DNA of 64,000 nucleotides from an uncultured Bacilli bacterium (lineage in GTDB: Bacteria; Bacillota_I; Bacilli_A; RF39; UBA660). Shown piece by piece: positions 39,432 through 47,783 of this stretch. The notes under the pieces were generated by a model that was not told where the DNA came from, did not search any database, and was given only the letters and a program-made list of their open reading frames with translations. The stretch is from contig CALVKN010000068.1 in the NCBI GenBank assembly GCA_944332715.1, forward strand, positions 79,755-143,754. The letters are read 5' to 3'. Numbering within the stretch: the stretch's first letter is position 1; each line of letters starts with the position of its first letter. Position numbers and translations under genes: made by a program.

Positions 39432-40484
39432 ATGAAGCGGGGACTGGCGCTGCTGTTGTGCGCGATCACCTTGCTGGCCGTTTGTTCGGCGCCCGGCACG
39501 GCGAAGGCGCTCGACGAATTGAAGAACACCGATCCCGACAAATATTACATCCTGCTCGACCTGCGCAACCAGATCGTAACCGTGTATGAGCGCGACGAGG
39601 CGGGGGAATACACCCGCGTCGTGCGCCGCTTCCTGTGCACCACCGGCCGTACGGAGGTCGATCCCGAGGATCCGGAGGACGAGGCGACGCCCACGCCTTC
39701 CGGCATCTGGAAGATGGGCGGGCGCGAGCGCTTTGGCAAGTTTGCCAACTTTGGCAATGAATATGCGCGGTATTGGACGCAGATCGTCGGCGATATCTTT
39801 TTCCACTCGATCATGTTTTCAAAGCGCGACGTGGATACCCTCAAGCGCGGCGCGTTCAGCAACCTGGGCGACAACGTGTCGCACGGCTGCGTACGCCTGT
39901 ACATCGAGGATGCCAAGTGGCTTTACTACTATGCCTGCCCCGGCACCACCGTGGAGGTCTCCACGAACGAGCCGTCGCAGCGGGCGCTGCGCAATGCGCT
40001 CAAGAGCACGCTCTCGTTTTCCGATTATAACGAGCTGCAGAAGAACTTTTATGACGGGCCGGAACTGCCCAACCCGAGCGCCTGGGTGACCGTGGACGGC
40101 GCGCGCATGCGCAAGGAGGGCAAGGACAGCGCCGTGTCCGTCAAAAAACTGGCGCTGGGCACCGAGGTCGAGGTGCTGCTCGAGGGCGAGGCCTGGGTCA
40201 AGGTGCGCTGCGAAGAGCGGGAGGGCTACATCAGGCGAGGCTACATCTCCATGGTGGAGGGCGAGCTCGACACGCGCGAGGACGCCAACCTGATCCGCCA
40301 GACCGTGTGGCTCATGACGGAGCCGGGCGGCGGCGAGCGCATCGTCAAGGTGCCGACCGATACGTCCGTCAAGATCCTGGAGACGACGGAGGACGGCGAC
40401 TATATCAAAATTGAATATTGGGGCGAGACGGGCTATCTGCGCGCCAATGCCGTCAAGCAGGGCTGGGGCAAGGACGTGGGCTGA
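39432..40484 (+). CDS. L,D-transpeptidase (YkuD) with C-terminal SH3-like domains
   Basis: Signal peptide MKRGLALLLCAITLLAVCSAPGTAKA. YkuD catalytic motif is HSIMF...SHGCVRL. The C-terminus has two SH3b-like segments. Confidence 0.88.
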   Translation: MKRGLALLLCAITLLAVCSAPGTAKALDELKNTDPDKYYILLDLRNQIVTVYERDEAGEYTRVVRRFLCTTGRTEVDPEDPEDEATPTPSGIWKMGGRERFGKFANFGNEYARYWTQIVGDIFFHSIMFSKRDVDTLKRGAFSNLGDNVSHGCVRLYIEDAKWLYYYACPGTTVEVSTNEPSQRALRNALKSTLSFSDYNELQKNFYDGPELPNPSAWVTVDGARMRKEGKDSAVSVKKLALGTEVEVLLEGEAWVKVRCEEREGYIRRGYISMVEGELDTREDANLIRQTVWLMTEPGGGERIVKVPTDTSVKILETTEDGDYIKIEYWGETGYLRANAVKQGWGKDVG

Positions 40485-40509
40485 CCCGGCCGCTGGAGTG
40501 CAAACACAC

Positions 40510-40555
40510 GCCGCCCGCCCGGCGCATGCGCCGGGCGGGCGGCATTGCCGTTTTG
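40510..40555 (+). terminator. Rho-independent terminator after the L,D-transpeptidase gene
   Basis: Perfect 34-nt palindrome gccgcccgcccggcgcatgcgccgggcgggcggc followed by attgccgtttt. Confidence 0.75.
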
Positions 40556-40680
40556 GCGGCGGCATCGGCTTGCCGCGGCACCAAACGGGGCGGCGGTTCA
40601 GCGCCGCGCCTGTCCGGGGCGTGTGCCGCCCTCACGCCTGCCGGCGGTTGCCTGCGGCCTCCCGCGCATGGCGCGCGGCA

Positions 40681-40714
40681 CAAAACAGGACGGCGGAGCA
40701 TTGCTCCGCCGTCC
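40681..40714 (-). terminator. Rho-independent terminator of the SH3-domain gene
   Basis: The minus strand reads GGACGGCGGAGCaatGCTCCGCCGTCC followed by TGTTTTG. Confidence 0.75.
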
Positions 40715-40740
40715 GAAAGGGGTCGCTCAGTCCATTCGCG

Positions 40741-41565
40741 TCATGGCACAGGCGTGCCGGTGGGCACGGACGATTCCGCGGTGATGTATTCGGCAAAGGT
40801 ATAGGCCTTGGCCCCGGTGCGGGCGACCTCGATGTAGTAGAACGTGTCGCCGCTGGCGTTGGTGTATTTGAAGTAGATGTACACCGGTTCGCCCTGCTCG
40901 ATCTGGCCGACCTTATTGCCGTCGTCTTCGAGATCCGGGGCGCTGCGCAGCGCGACGATGCTCGCGCGCACCGTGCCGCCCACGGCGCCGGAGGGGACGC
41001 TGGTCGTGATCGGCTCCGGCGTGGCCGTGTTCACCTCGATGAACTTTTTGGCCATATAGCCGTACACGCCCTCTTTGACGATCTGGACGAAGTAATAGTC
41101 GCCAGACTCGCCGTACACCTCGAGGTTGGTCCCCGAAATGTATTTGCCGAGGATTGCGCCGTCGGTATTCGGCGCAGCGCGCAGTACGACGCCGCCCGTC
41201 GTGAGCTTGCCCTCTTTGGCGTTCGCCTTTTCATCGGGCGAGGGCGTGCGCACCGTCGCGGGCGTGTTGGTCGGCGCCGCCGTGGTGGGCACCTGGGTCG
41301 GCGGGTTGGTTGGGACGAGCGACGGCGTGGGAGAGCCCAAGGCCGGGTTCTGCGTGGACAGCCCCGGGGAGGCGCTCGTGGAGAGGTCGGGCGAGACGCT
41401 GGGGGAAGCGCTTGCGGTATTGGCCAGCGGCGGCGTCGGCGTGGCTCCGGCCGATCCGTCGCCGCCAATGCCGCGGATAATCAGGTACAGCCCGCCCAGG
41501 ATGAGCAGGATCAGCACTGCGGCGACAACATACCCCAACGGGGTCAGACGGACACGTCTGTGCAT
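40741..41565 (-). CDS. Membrane-anchored protein with two SH3b domains and a Pro/Thr/Ser-rich linker
   Basis: ATG at 41565 with a ggagg RBS. TM helix is LGYVVAAVLILLILGGLYLII. SH3b-like segments are VLRAAPNTDGAILGKYISGTNLEVYG and VALRSAPDLEDDGNKVGQIEQGEPVYIY. Confidence 0.75.
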   Translation of the reverse strand: MHRRVRLTPLGYVVAAVLILLILGGLYLIIRGIGGDGSAGATPTPPLANTASASPSVSPDLSTSASPGLSTQNPALGSPTPSLVPTNPPTQVPTTAAPTNTPATVRTPSPDEKANAKEGKLTTGGVVLRAAPNTDGAILGKYISGTNLEVYGESGDYYFVQIVKEGVYGYMAKKFIEVNTATPEPITTSVPSGAVGGTVRASIVALRSAPDLEDDGNKVGQIEQGEPVYIYFKYTNASGDTFYYIEVARTGAKAYTFAEYITAESSVPTGTPVP

Positions 41566-41714
41566 GGCGACCTCCAAAATCTCTTGATGAGCGTATCATA
41601 CCACAAATTCCCGGCGCTGGATAGTGGGGAAGATTGGGAAATGGGCAAATTTCACTGATTTTTCAAATAAAAATGAATTGTAAATTTCTGCCCTGCCGCA
41701 GCGGCAGCCTGCGG

Positions 41715-41740
41715 CAAAAACGGGCGGCAAATTGCCGCCC
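41715..41740 (-). terminator. Rho-independent terminator of the nucleotidyltransferase gene
   Basis: The minus strand reads GGGCGGCAATTTGCCGCCC followed by GTTTTTGCC. Confidence 0.7.
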
Positions 41741-41760
41741 GCCGTCCGTATCTGCCGGGT

Positions 41761-42684
41761 TCAAAACAGCTTGCGGTCCGGATACAGCCCCTGCCGGGTC
41801 AGCTCGCGCATGGCCGCGGCGACGGCCGGCTTGTCTTCGCGATAGGTCACGCCATGCCAGCGGTCGGGCGAGGAGAGCACGTCCACCGTGCAGCGCCCCT
41901 CGCGCAGCAGCGCGCCCACCTCCATGGGGATGTACATTTCAGCTTTTTCCGGGTTTTGCGGCACATCCTGCGCCAAAAAGCGCGGGAAACGCACGGCAAG
42001 CTCGTCAAACAGCGCGGGGGTGAAGCCCCACATGTTCATGGAAACGAGGTTATCCGCCGGCACATGCGTCCAGGTTTCGCCGTCCTCGGTGAAGGCCGGC
42101 GAGCCGTCTTGCAGCGCCACGCGCGTGCGTTCCACGATGTTGATGAGCTGTCCCGTAGCGTCCGTCTCGCAGATGCCGCGGGCGACGGACCCGTGCTCGG
42201 TCAGCGTGTTGGCCAGCCGGAAGCCGACCATGCTGAAGTCGTATTTGCCATCCCGGTCGCAGCTGCGGCACAGGCGGTCGTAGAGCAGCTGGAAGGCATG
42301 GCTGCCGTAGTAGTCGTCCGCATTGATGACGGCGAACGGCCCGTCGATGTGTTCGCGGCAGCAGAGAATGGCGTGGGCGGTGCCCCAGGGCTTTTGCCGC
42401 CCGGCGGGGATGGCAAAGCCGGCCGGCAGGTGCGCGTCCAGCTCCTGGAACACGTATTCCACCTGCAGGTGCTCGGCTACGCGGTCGCCGACGACCTCCT
42501 TGAAATCCGCTTCAATGCGCCGGCTGATGATGAACACGACCTTTTCAAAGCCGGCGCGCATCGCGTCGAACAGCGAATAGTCGATGATGATTTCGCCGTG
42601 CGGGCCAATGGGATCGATCTGTTTGAGCCCGCCGTAGCGCGAGCCCATGCCTGCTGCCATGACGACGAGGACAGGATGTTGCAT
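41761..42684 (-). CDS. Sugar-phosphate nucleotidyltransferase (NTP_transferase family)
   Basis: N-terminal VLVVMAAGMGSRYGGLKQ (GxGxR signature), then PWGTAHAIL and VINADDYYG motifs; 307 aa. Confidence 0.82.
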   Translation of the reverse strand: MQHPVLVVMAAGMGSRYGGLKQIDPIGPHGEIIIDYSLFDAMRAGFEKVVFIISRRIEADFKEVVGDRVAEHLQVEYVFQELDAHLPAGFAIPAGRQKPWGTAHAILCCREHIDGPFAVINADDYYGSHAFQLLYDRLCRSCDRDGKYDFSMVGFRLANTLTEHGSVARGICETDATGQLINIVERTRVALQDGSPAFTEDGETWTHVPADNLVSMNMWGFTPALFDELAVRFPRFLAQDVPQNPEKAEMYIPMEVGALLREGRCTVDVLSSPDRWHGVTYREDKPAVAAAMRELTRQGLYPDRKLF

Positions 42685-42795
42685 AACGTTGTTCCTCCTA
42701 AGCGGTTGTGTGGAAACGGCGGCGCCGTGTGCGGCCCGCCACAGGAGAGGGCCGCGGTGCGCCCGGGCGACGGATGCACGCGGCTGGGGGACGGG

Positions 42796-43812
42796 TCAGT
42801 CGTCGTACCCGTTCGGGTTCTGCGACTGCCAGCGCCAGGAGTCGGCGCACATGCGTGCGAGGTCGTAGCGGGCGGACCAGCCCAGCAGCGTGCGGGCCAG
42901 CGTCGGGTCGGCGTAGCAGGCGGCCACGTCCCCGCTGCGGCGCGCCTCGATGCGATATGGCAGGGGTTTGCCGCAGGCGGCTTCATAGGCGTGCAACACG
43001 TCGAGTACCGAGTAGCCGGTGCCGGTGCCCAGGTTGACTGCGCGCACGCCCGGACCGTTGCGTTCCAGTTCCCGGAGCGCCGCCACATGCCCCTCAGCCA
43101 GGTCGCAGACGTGGATGTAGTCGCGCACGCCGGTGCCGTCGGGCGTGGGGTAGTCGTTGCCGAATACGCGCAGGTACGGCAGCTTGCCGGCGGCCACCTG
43201 CGCAATGTACGGGACGAGGTTGTTCGGGATGCCGTTCGGGTCCTCGCCGATCCGGCCGCTTTCGTGTGCGCCGATCGGGTTGAAGTAGCGCAGCAGCGAT
43301 ACCCTGAAGGCCGGGTCGGCAGCCGCCACATCGCGCAGGATCTGCTCGATCATGTATTTGGTCCAGCCATACGGATTGGTGGCCGTGCGCGGGAAATCTT
43401 CCCGGATCGGCACGCTGGCAGGGTCCCCATAGACCGTGGCGCTTGAGCTGAATACAAAGCGCGTCACGCCATGCCGGCGCATGGAATGGAGGATGTTCAG
43501 CGTACAGGTGAGGTTGTTTTCATAGTAGCGGAGCGGCTGCTCGACCGATTCGCCCACGGCCTTCAGCCCGGCAAAGTGGATCACCGCGCCGATCTCATGC
43601 GTGGAAAACAGGCGCTCGGCTGCTTCGGCGTCGCACAGGTCGCACCGCTCAAACAGGAACGGCCGGCAGGCGAGCTCGTGCAGCCGGTCCAGTACCTGCG
43701 GCTTGCTGTTGACAAAGCTGTCGGCGATGAGCACGTCATATCCCGCTTCCAGCAGCGCAAGGACGGTGTGGGAACCGATGTATCCGGCGCCGCCGGTTAC
43801 GAGAATTTGCAT
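42796..43812 (-). CDS. galE: UDP-glucose 4-epimerase
   Basis: Start MQILVTGGAGYIGSHTV with a ggagg RBS. Contains the SSSATVYG and YGWTKYMIEQ (YxxxK) catalytic motifs; 338 aa. Confidence 0.93.
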   Translation of the reverse strand: MQILVTGGAGYIGSHTVLALLEAGYDVLIADSFVNSKPQVLDRLHELACRPFLFERCDLCDAEAAERLFSTHEIGAVIHFAGLKAVGESVEQPLRYYENNLTCTLNILHSMRRHGVTRFVFSSSATVYGDPASVPIREDFPRTATNPYGWTKYMIEQILRDVAAADPAFRVSLLRYFNPIGAHESGRIGEDPNGIPNNLVPYIAQVAAGKLPYLRVFGNDYPTPDGTGVRDYIHVCDLAEGHVAALRELERNGPGVRAVNLGTGTGYSVLDVLHAYEAACGKPLPYRIEARRSGDVAACYADPTLARTLLGWSARYDLARMCADSWRWQSQNPNGYDD

Positions 43813-43913
43813 GGGAAATGCCTCCTCAACGTTGGATTGTTCAGATATTATAGCCTGTCGGGTGCGAAAAGGCAAGTGCTGACAGGGGGAACAGAAAAAT
43901 CGCTATTTTTTTA

Positions 43914-43942
43914 TTGAAATGACGACACGTTTATGATATCAT
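43914..43942 (+). promoter_or_regulatory. Promoter of the hydrogenase operon (TTGAAA-17-TATCAT)
   Basis: TTGAAA at 43914-43919, a 17-nt spacer, TATCAT at 43937-43942. It sits in an AT-rich region about 150 nt upstream of hydC. Confidence 0.55.
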
Positions 43943-44087
43943 TTAGAAAAAGTTATATCGATATATATAGAAAGGTATGCCCTCCCGGTTCAGCGCTGGC
44001 TGCCTGTGAGGGTTGCATTTCGCCGGGAAGCCCGGACAAGAGCCGGGACTTTCGATCAGGGAGCAAATCGTTCTTAGGAGGTAACGT

Positions 44088-44585
44088 ATGGCAAAGCAGA
44101 AGACCGTGGTACCGTTCCAGGGCACGCCGGAGCAGGAGGCCAAGCTCAAGGAGATCATTGCGGAGTACCGGGAGGTGCGCGGCGCGCTGATGCCGGTGCT
44201 GCAGAAGGCGCAGGAGCTGTATGGCTACCTGCCGATCGAGGTACAGATCATGATCGCCGAGGGCCTGGGCCTGTCGCTGGAGGAAGTGTACGCGGTGGTC
44301 ACGTTCTATTCGCAGTTTGCACTCAATCCGACGGGCAAATACCGCGTGTCGGTGTGCCTGGGCACGGCGTGCTACGTCAAGGGCGCGCAGACGATCCTCG
44401 ACGAGCTGGAGAAGCAGCTGGGCATCAAGGCCGGCGGCACCACGCCGGACGGCCTGTTTACGCTGGAAGCCACGCGTTGCCTGGGGTGCTGCGGGCTTGC
44501 GCCGGTCATGACGGTGGGCGAGGAGGTCTACGGCCGCCTGGTGCCTGCGGATGTAAAGGATATTCTGGCCAAATACCGCGCCTAA
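44088..44585 (+). CDS. hydC: NuoE-like [2Fe-2S] subunit of the bifurcating [FeFe]-hydrogenase (HydC)
   Basis: 165 aa. NuoE/24-kDa family with cluster motifs CLGTACYVKG and CLGCCGLAP. RBS is taggagg. Confidence 0.9.
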   Translation: MAKQKTVVPFQGTPEQEAKLKEIIAEYREVRGALMPVLQKAQELYGYLPIEVQIMIAEGLGLSLEEVYAVVTFYSQFALNPTGKYRVSVCLGTACYVKGAQTILDELEKQLGIKAGGTTPDGLFTLEATRCLGCCGLAPVMTVGEEVYGRLVPADVKDILAKYRA

Positions 44586-44609
44586 CCGCGCGGCAAAAGG
44601 GGGAAGCGC

Positions 44610-44957
44610 ATGAAGATCCGGCAAATCGCGGCGCTGCTCGGCGCCGAGGTGCTTGCAGGGGAGGAACACCTGGCAGAGGAGGTGCTCTCCGCCTGTGGCA
44701 GCGACATGATGAGCGACGTGCTGGCCTATGTCAAGGATCAGGCGGTGTTGCTGACGGGCCTGGTGAACCCGCAGGTGATCCGCACGGCGATGATGATGGA
44801 CATGCGGTGCGTGGTGTTCGTGCGCAGCAAGCGCCCGAGCCCGGAAATGCTGGAGCTGGCGCGGGAGAGCGGCATCGCCGTATTGACCACCGCCATGCGC
44901 ATGTACGAGTCGTGCGGCAGGCTGTACAGCGGCGGCCTGGGCCGCGTGGAGGCCTGA
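44610..44957 (+). CDS. DRTGG-domain protein (copy 1)
   Basis: 115 aa. Its layout parallels the second copy at 46689 (L..a.vl.g......V.g.y..D.mSdVl....d.avLlT...N..vi.tA...d...vv...g..p....le.A...gi.vl.t....y), as I recall for DRTGG domains found in hydrogenase operons. Confidence 0.65.
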   Translation: MKIRQIAALLGAEVLAGEEHLAEEVLSACGSDMMSDVLAYVKDQAVLLTGLVNPQVIRTAMMMDMRCVVFVRSKRPSPEMLELARESGIAVLTTAMRMYESCGRLYSGGLGRVEA

Positions 44958-44960
44958 GCC

Positions 44961-45383
44961 GTGGGCGCGCTGCAACTCCACTTCGACGTGGACGGCGACA
45001 ACTTCACGTCCGCCGGCGAGGCGTCGGTCGAGGTCAAGCGCAAGCTGCGCCTGCTCGGCTTTTCGCCGGAGGTCATCCGCTGCGTGTCGATCGCGATGTA
45101 CGAGGGCGAGATCAACATGGTCATCCATGCTCGCGGCGGCGCGGCGGATGTGACGATCTACCGCGACCGGATCGAGATCGTGCTGACCGACCACGGCCCG
45201 GGCATTGCGGACATCGGCCTGGCGATGCAGGAGGGCTATTCCACCGCGCCGGACAACATCCGCACGCTGGGGTTTGGCGCGGGCATGGGCCTGCCCAACA
45301 TGAAGCGCTATACCGATGAAATGGAGATCACGTCCAAGGTCGGCGAGGGGACGACGGTGCGCATGACCGTGCTGGTCAAATGA
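44961..45383 (+). CDS. Small GHKL ATPase of the anti-sigma-factor Ser/Thr kinase type (RsbW/SpoIIAB-like)
   Basis: 140 aa with a GTG start 3 nt after the upstream stop. N-box-like region is AMYEGEINMVIHA, G1 is DHGPGI and G2 is GFGAGMGLPN. Confidence 0.7.
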   Translation: MGALQLHFDVDGDNFTSAGEASVEVKRKLRLLGFSPEVIRCVSIAMYEGEINMVIHARGGAADVTIYRDRIEIVLTDHGPGIADIGLAMQEGYSTAPDNIRTLGFGAGMGLPNMKRYTDEMEITSKVGEGTTVRMTVLVK

Positions 45384-45393
45384 GGAGCGGACG

Positions 45394-46692
45394 ATGGAAT
45401 ACAAACATTCGGTTTCGCTGGATTTAGAAAAGTGCAAGGGCTGTACCAACTGCCTCAAGCGCTGCCCCACGCAGGCGATCCGCATCCGCGACGGCCACGC
45501 CGTCATCGACGCGAGCATGTGCATCGACTGCGGGGAATGTATCCGCGTCTGCCCCTACAAGGCCAAGAAGGCGCTGTTCGACCGGCTGGAGGACATCCCC
45601 GCCGGCAAGAAGTGGCGCATCGCGCTGCCGGCGCCGTCGCTGTATGGCCAGTTCGACCATCTCGACGACGTGGACTATGTGCTGCAGGGCCTGCTCGACA
45701 TCGGCTTTGACGACGTGTTCGAGGTCGCGCGCGCGGCGGAGCTGGTGTCCGAATACACGCGCAACTACATGCGCCGCATGGACGTGCCGCGTCCGGTCAT
45801 CAACTCGGCCTGCCCGGCCATCGTGCGGCTGATCAGCCTGCGGTTCCCGTATCTTTGCGACCACGTGATGCCGCTGCTGCCGCCCATCGAGATCGCCAGC
45901 CGCATGGCCAAGGCCGAGGCGCGGCAAAAGCACCCGGAGCTGCGGGACGACGAGATTTGCACCGTGTTCATCTCGCCGTGCCCCGCCAAGGCGAGCTTTG
46001 TGAAGAACGGGTTCCAGACGGGGGGCGACGGCGTGGACTACGTCGTCTCCATGAGCGACATCTATTTCCGCCTGCTGCCGGCCATGAAGCGGAGCAAGGC
46101 GCCGGAGGCGGCGAGCCAGACCGGCATGATCGGCATCAGCTGGGCGAGCACCGGCGGCGAGGCGTCCGCGCTGCTCAACGACCGGTACCTGGCGGCGGAC
46201 GGCATTGAAAACGTGATCCGCGTGCTCGACCAGATCGAGACGGGCAGCTTCCCGATGCTGGAGTTCGTCGAGCTCAACGCGTGCAACGGCGGCTGCGTCG
46301 GCGGCGCGGCGACCGTGGAGAACCCGTACATCGCGCGCGTGCGGCTGCAGTCGCTGCGGCGGTACCTGCCGGTGTCGGAAAACCGGATCCCGCCGTGCGA
46401 CGACGCGACGTTCGTGCCGGACGACTATGTGACCAACACGTCCGTCAAATACCGCCCGGCCGCGCAGCTGGACGAGGACATGGAGCGGGCGCTCGAAAAG
46501 ATGTCGGCAATCGAGCAGATTTACGAGACGCTGCCGGCGCTCGACTGTGGGTTCTGCGGCGCGCCGTCGTGCCGCGCGTTTGCCGAGGACGTGGTGCGCG
46601 GGGCGTGCCACGTGGACGAGTGCATCGTGCGCATGCGCGAGCGGATGCAGGACTATCTGCGCAAGACGCGCGGGGAGGAGCCGGATTCATGA
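45394..46692 (+). CDS. Sensor-type [FeFe]-hydrogenase-like protein: 2x[4Fe-4S] ferredoxin domain, H-cluster domain and a C-terminal CxxCxxxxC Fe-S domain
   Basis: CKGCTNCLKRCP and CIDCGECIRVCP ferredoxin motifs. H-cluster motifs are degenerate: NSACP, SPCPAK, ELNACNGGCVGG. The C-terminus is LPALDCGFCGAPSCRAFAEDV...C...C. There is no HydA-type N-terminal 2Fe-2S domain. Confidence 0.8.
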   Translation: MEYKHSVSLDLEKCKGCTNCLKRCPTQAIRIRDGHAVIDASMCIDCGECIRVCPYKAKKALFDRLEDIPAGKKWRIALPAPSLYGQFDHLDDVDYVLQGLLDIGFDDVFEVARAAELVSEYTRNYMRRMDVPRPVINSACPAIVRLISLRFPYLCDHVMPLLPPIEIASRMAKAEARQKHPELRDDEICTVFISPCPAKASFVKNGFQTGGDGVDYVVSMSDIYFRLLPAMKRSKAPEAASQTGMIGISWASTGGEASALLNDRYLAADGIENVIRVLDQIETGSFPMLEFVELNACNGGCVGGAATVENPYIARVRLQSLRRYLPVSENRIPPCDDATFVPDDYVTNTSVKYRPAAQLDEDMERALEKMSAIEQIYETLPALDCGFCGAPSCRAFAEDVVRGACHVDECIVRMRERMQDYLRKTRGEEPDS

Positions 46693-47021
46693 CGGTTGGA
46701 GAGCTGGTAGAGGCGCTGCACCTCACGGCCTATGCGCTGCCGGAGCCGGAGCGGGCGGTCACGGGTGCCTATGCGGGCGACCTGCTGAGCTGGGTCATGC
46801 GCCGCGCGCAGGCGGACGGCGCGTGGCTCACGATCATGTCGAACCGCAACATTGTGGCCGTGGCCACGCTGACGGACGTGTCGGCCATCGTGCTGACCGA
46901 GGGCGTGCCGCCGGACGAGGGCGTGGCGGAGCTGGCCGAGGCGCGCGGCGTCAACCTGCTGGGCAGCGCGGCGGACACGCTGGAGACGGGCGCGGCGCTG
47001 CTGGAGCGGCTAAGCACATGA
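46689..47021 (+). CDS. DRTGG-domain protein (copy 2)
   Basis: 110 aa. Its ATG overlaps the upstream TGA (ATGA). Contains GDLLSWVMRRAQADGAWLTIMSNRNIVAVATL...AIVLTEG and has the same layout as copy 1. Confidence 0.65.
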   Translation: MTVGELVEALHLTAYALPEPERAVTGAYAGDLLSWVMRRAQADGAWLTIMSNRNIVAVATLTDVSAIVLTEGVPPDEGVAELAEARGVNLLGSAADTLETGAALLERLST

Positions 47022-47782
47022 GCGTGCTGCGCGCCCAGCTGCACCTGCACTCCTGCCTGTCGCCCTGCGCGGACGACGACATGACGCCCGCCAACATCGC
47101 CGGCATGGCGATGCTCGCCGGGCTGGACGTGGCGGCGCTGACCGACCACAACGCTACCGACAACTGCCCCGCGTTTTTTGCCGCGTGCGAGGCGTATGGC
47201 GTGGTGCCGGTGGGCGGGATGGAGCTGACCACGGCGGAGGAGATCCACCTGGTCTGCCTGTTTGAAAGTTTGGAAGCGGCCATGGCGTTTGGCGCGGCGG
47301 TGCGGCCGTACCGCGGGCGGGTGCCGAACCGGCCGGCGTACTTTGGCCGCCAGCTCGTGATGGACGCGGCGGACCGCGTCGCCGGGGAGGAGCCGTGCCT
47401 GCTGCTGCAGGCGACCGACCTGGCGCTCGAGGCGGCCGTGACGCTCGTGAGGGCGCATGGCGGCGTGGCATATCCGGCGCACCTGGACCGGGAGGCGGGC
47501 GGCCTGCTCGCGATCCTCGGGGCCATGCCCGAGACGCCGCGCTTTCAGGCGGCGGAGGTGCGCGACCCGGCAAACGCGGCGCTGTACCGCGCGCGGCCGG
47601 ATACGGCGGGGCTGCTGCTCGTGTCCGCCTCGGATGCGCACCGGCTCGGGGACGTGGAGGACGCGGCGTTCCCGTTTGACGCCGGCCCGATCGACGATAC
47701 GCGCACGCGGGCGCGCGCCCGGCAGGTGCGCGCGGCGCTCCTGGCGCTGCTGCGGCGCGGGGCGCCGGGGAGGGGCATTTGA
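47018..47782 (+). CDS. PHP-domain metal-dependent phosphoesterase
   Basis: LHLHSCLSPCADDD (HxH), LTDHN, and later AYPAHLDR and SDAHRLGDV motifs; 254 aa. The start overlaps the upstream stop (ATGA). Confidence 0.8.
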   Translation: MSVLRAQLHLHSCLSPCADDDMTPANIAGMAMLAGLDVAALTDHNATDNCPAFFAACEAYGVVPVGGMELTTAEEIHLVCLFESLEAAMAFGAAVRPYRGRVPNRPAYFGRQLVMDAADRVAGEEPCLLLQATDLALEAAVTLVRAHGGVAYPAHLDREAGGLLAILGAMPETPRFQAAEVRDPANAALYRARPDTAGLLLVSASDAHRLGDVEDAAFPFDAGPIDDTRTRARARQVRAALLALLRRGAPGRGI

Positions 47783-47783
47783 G

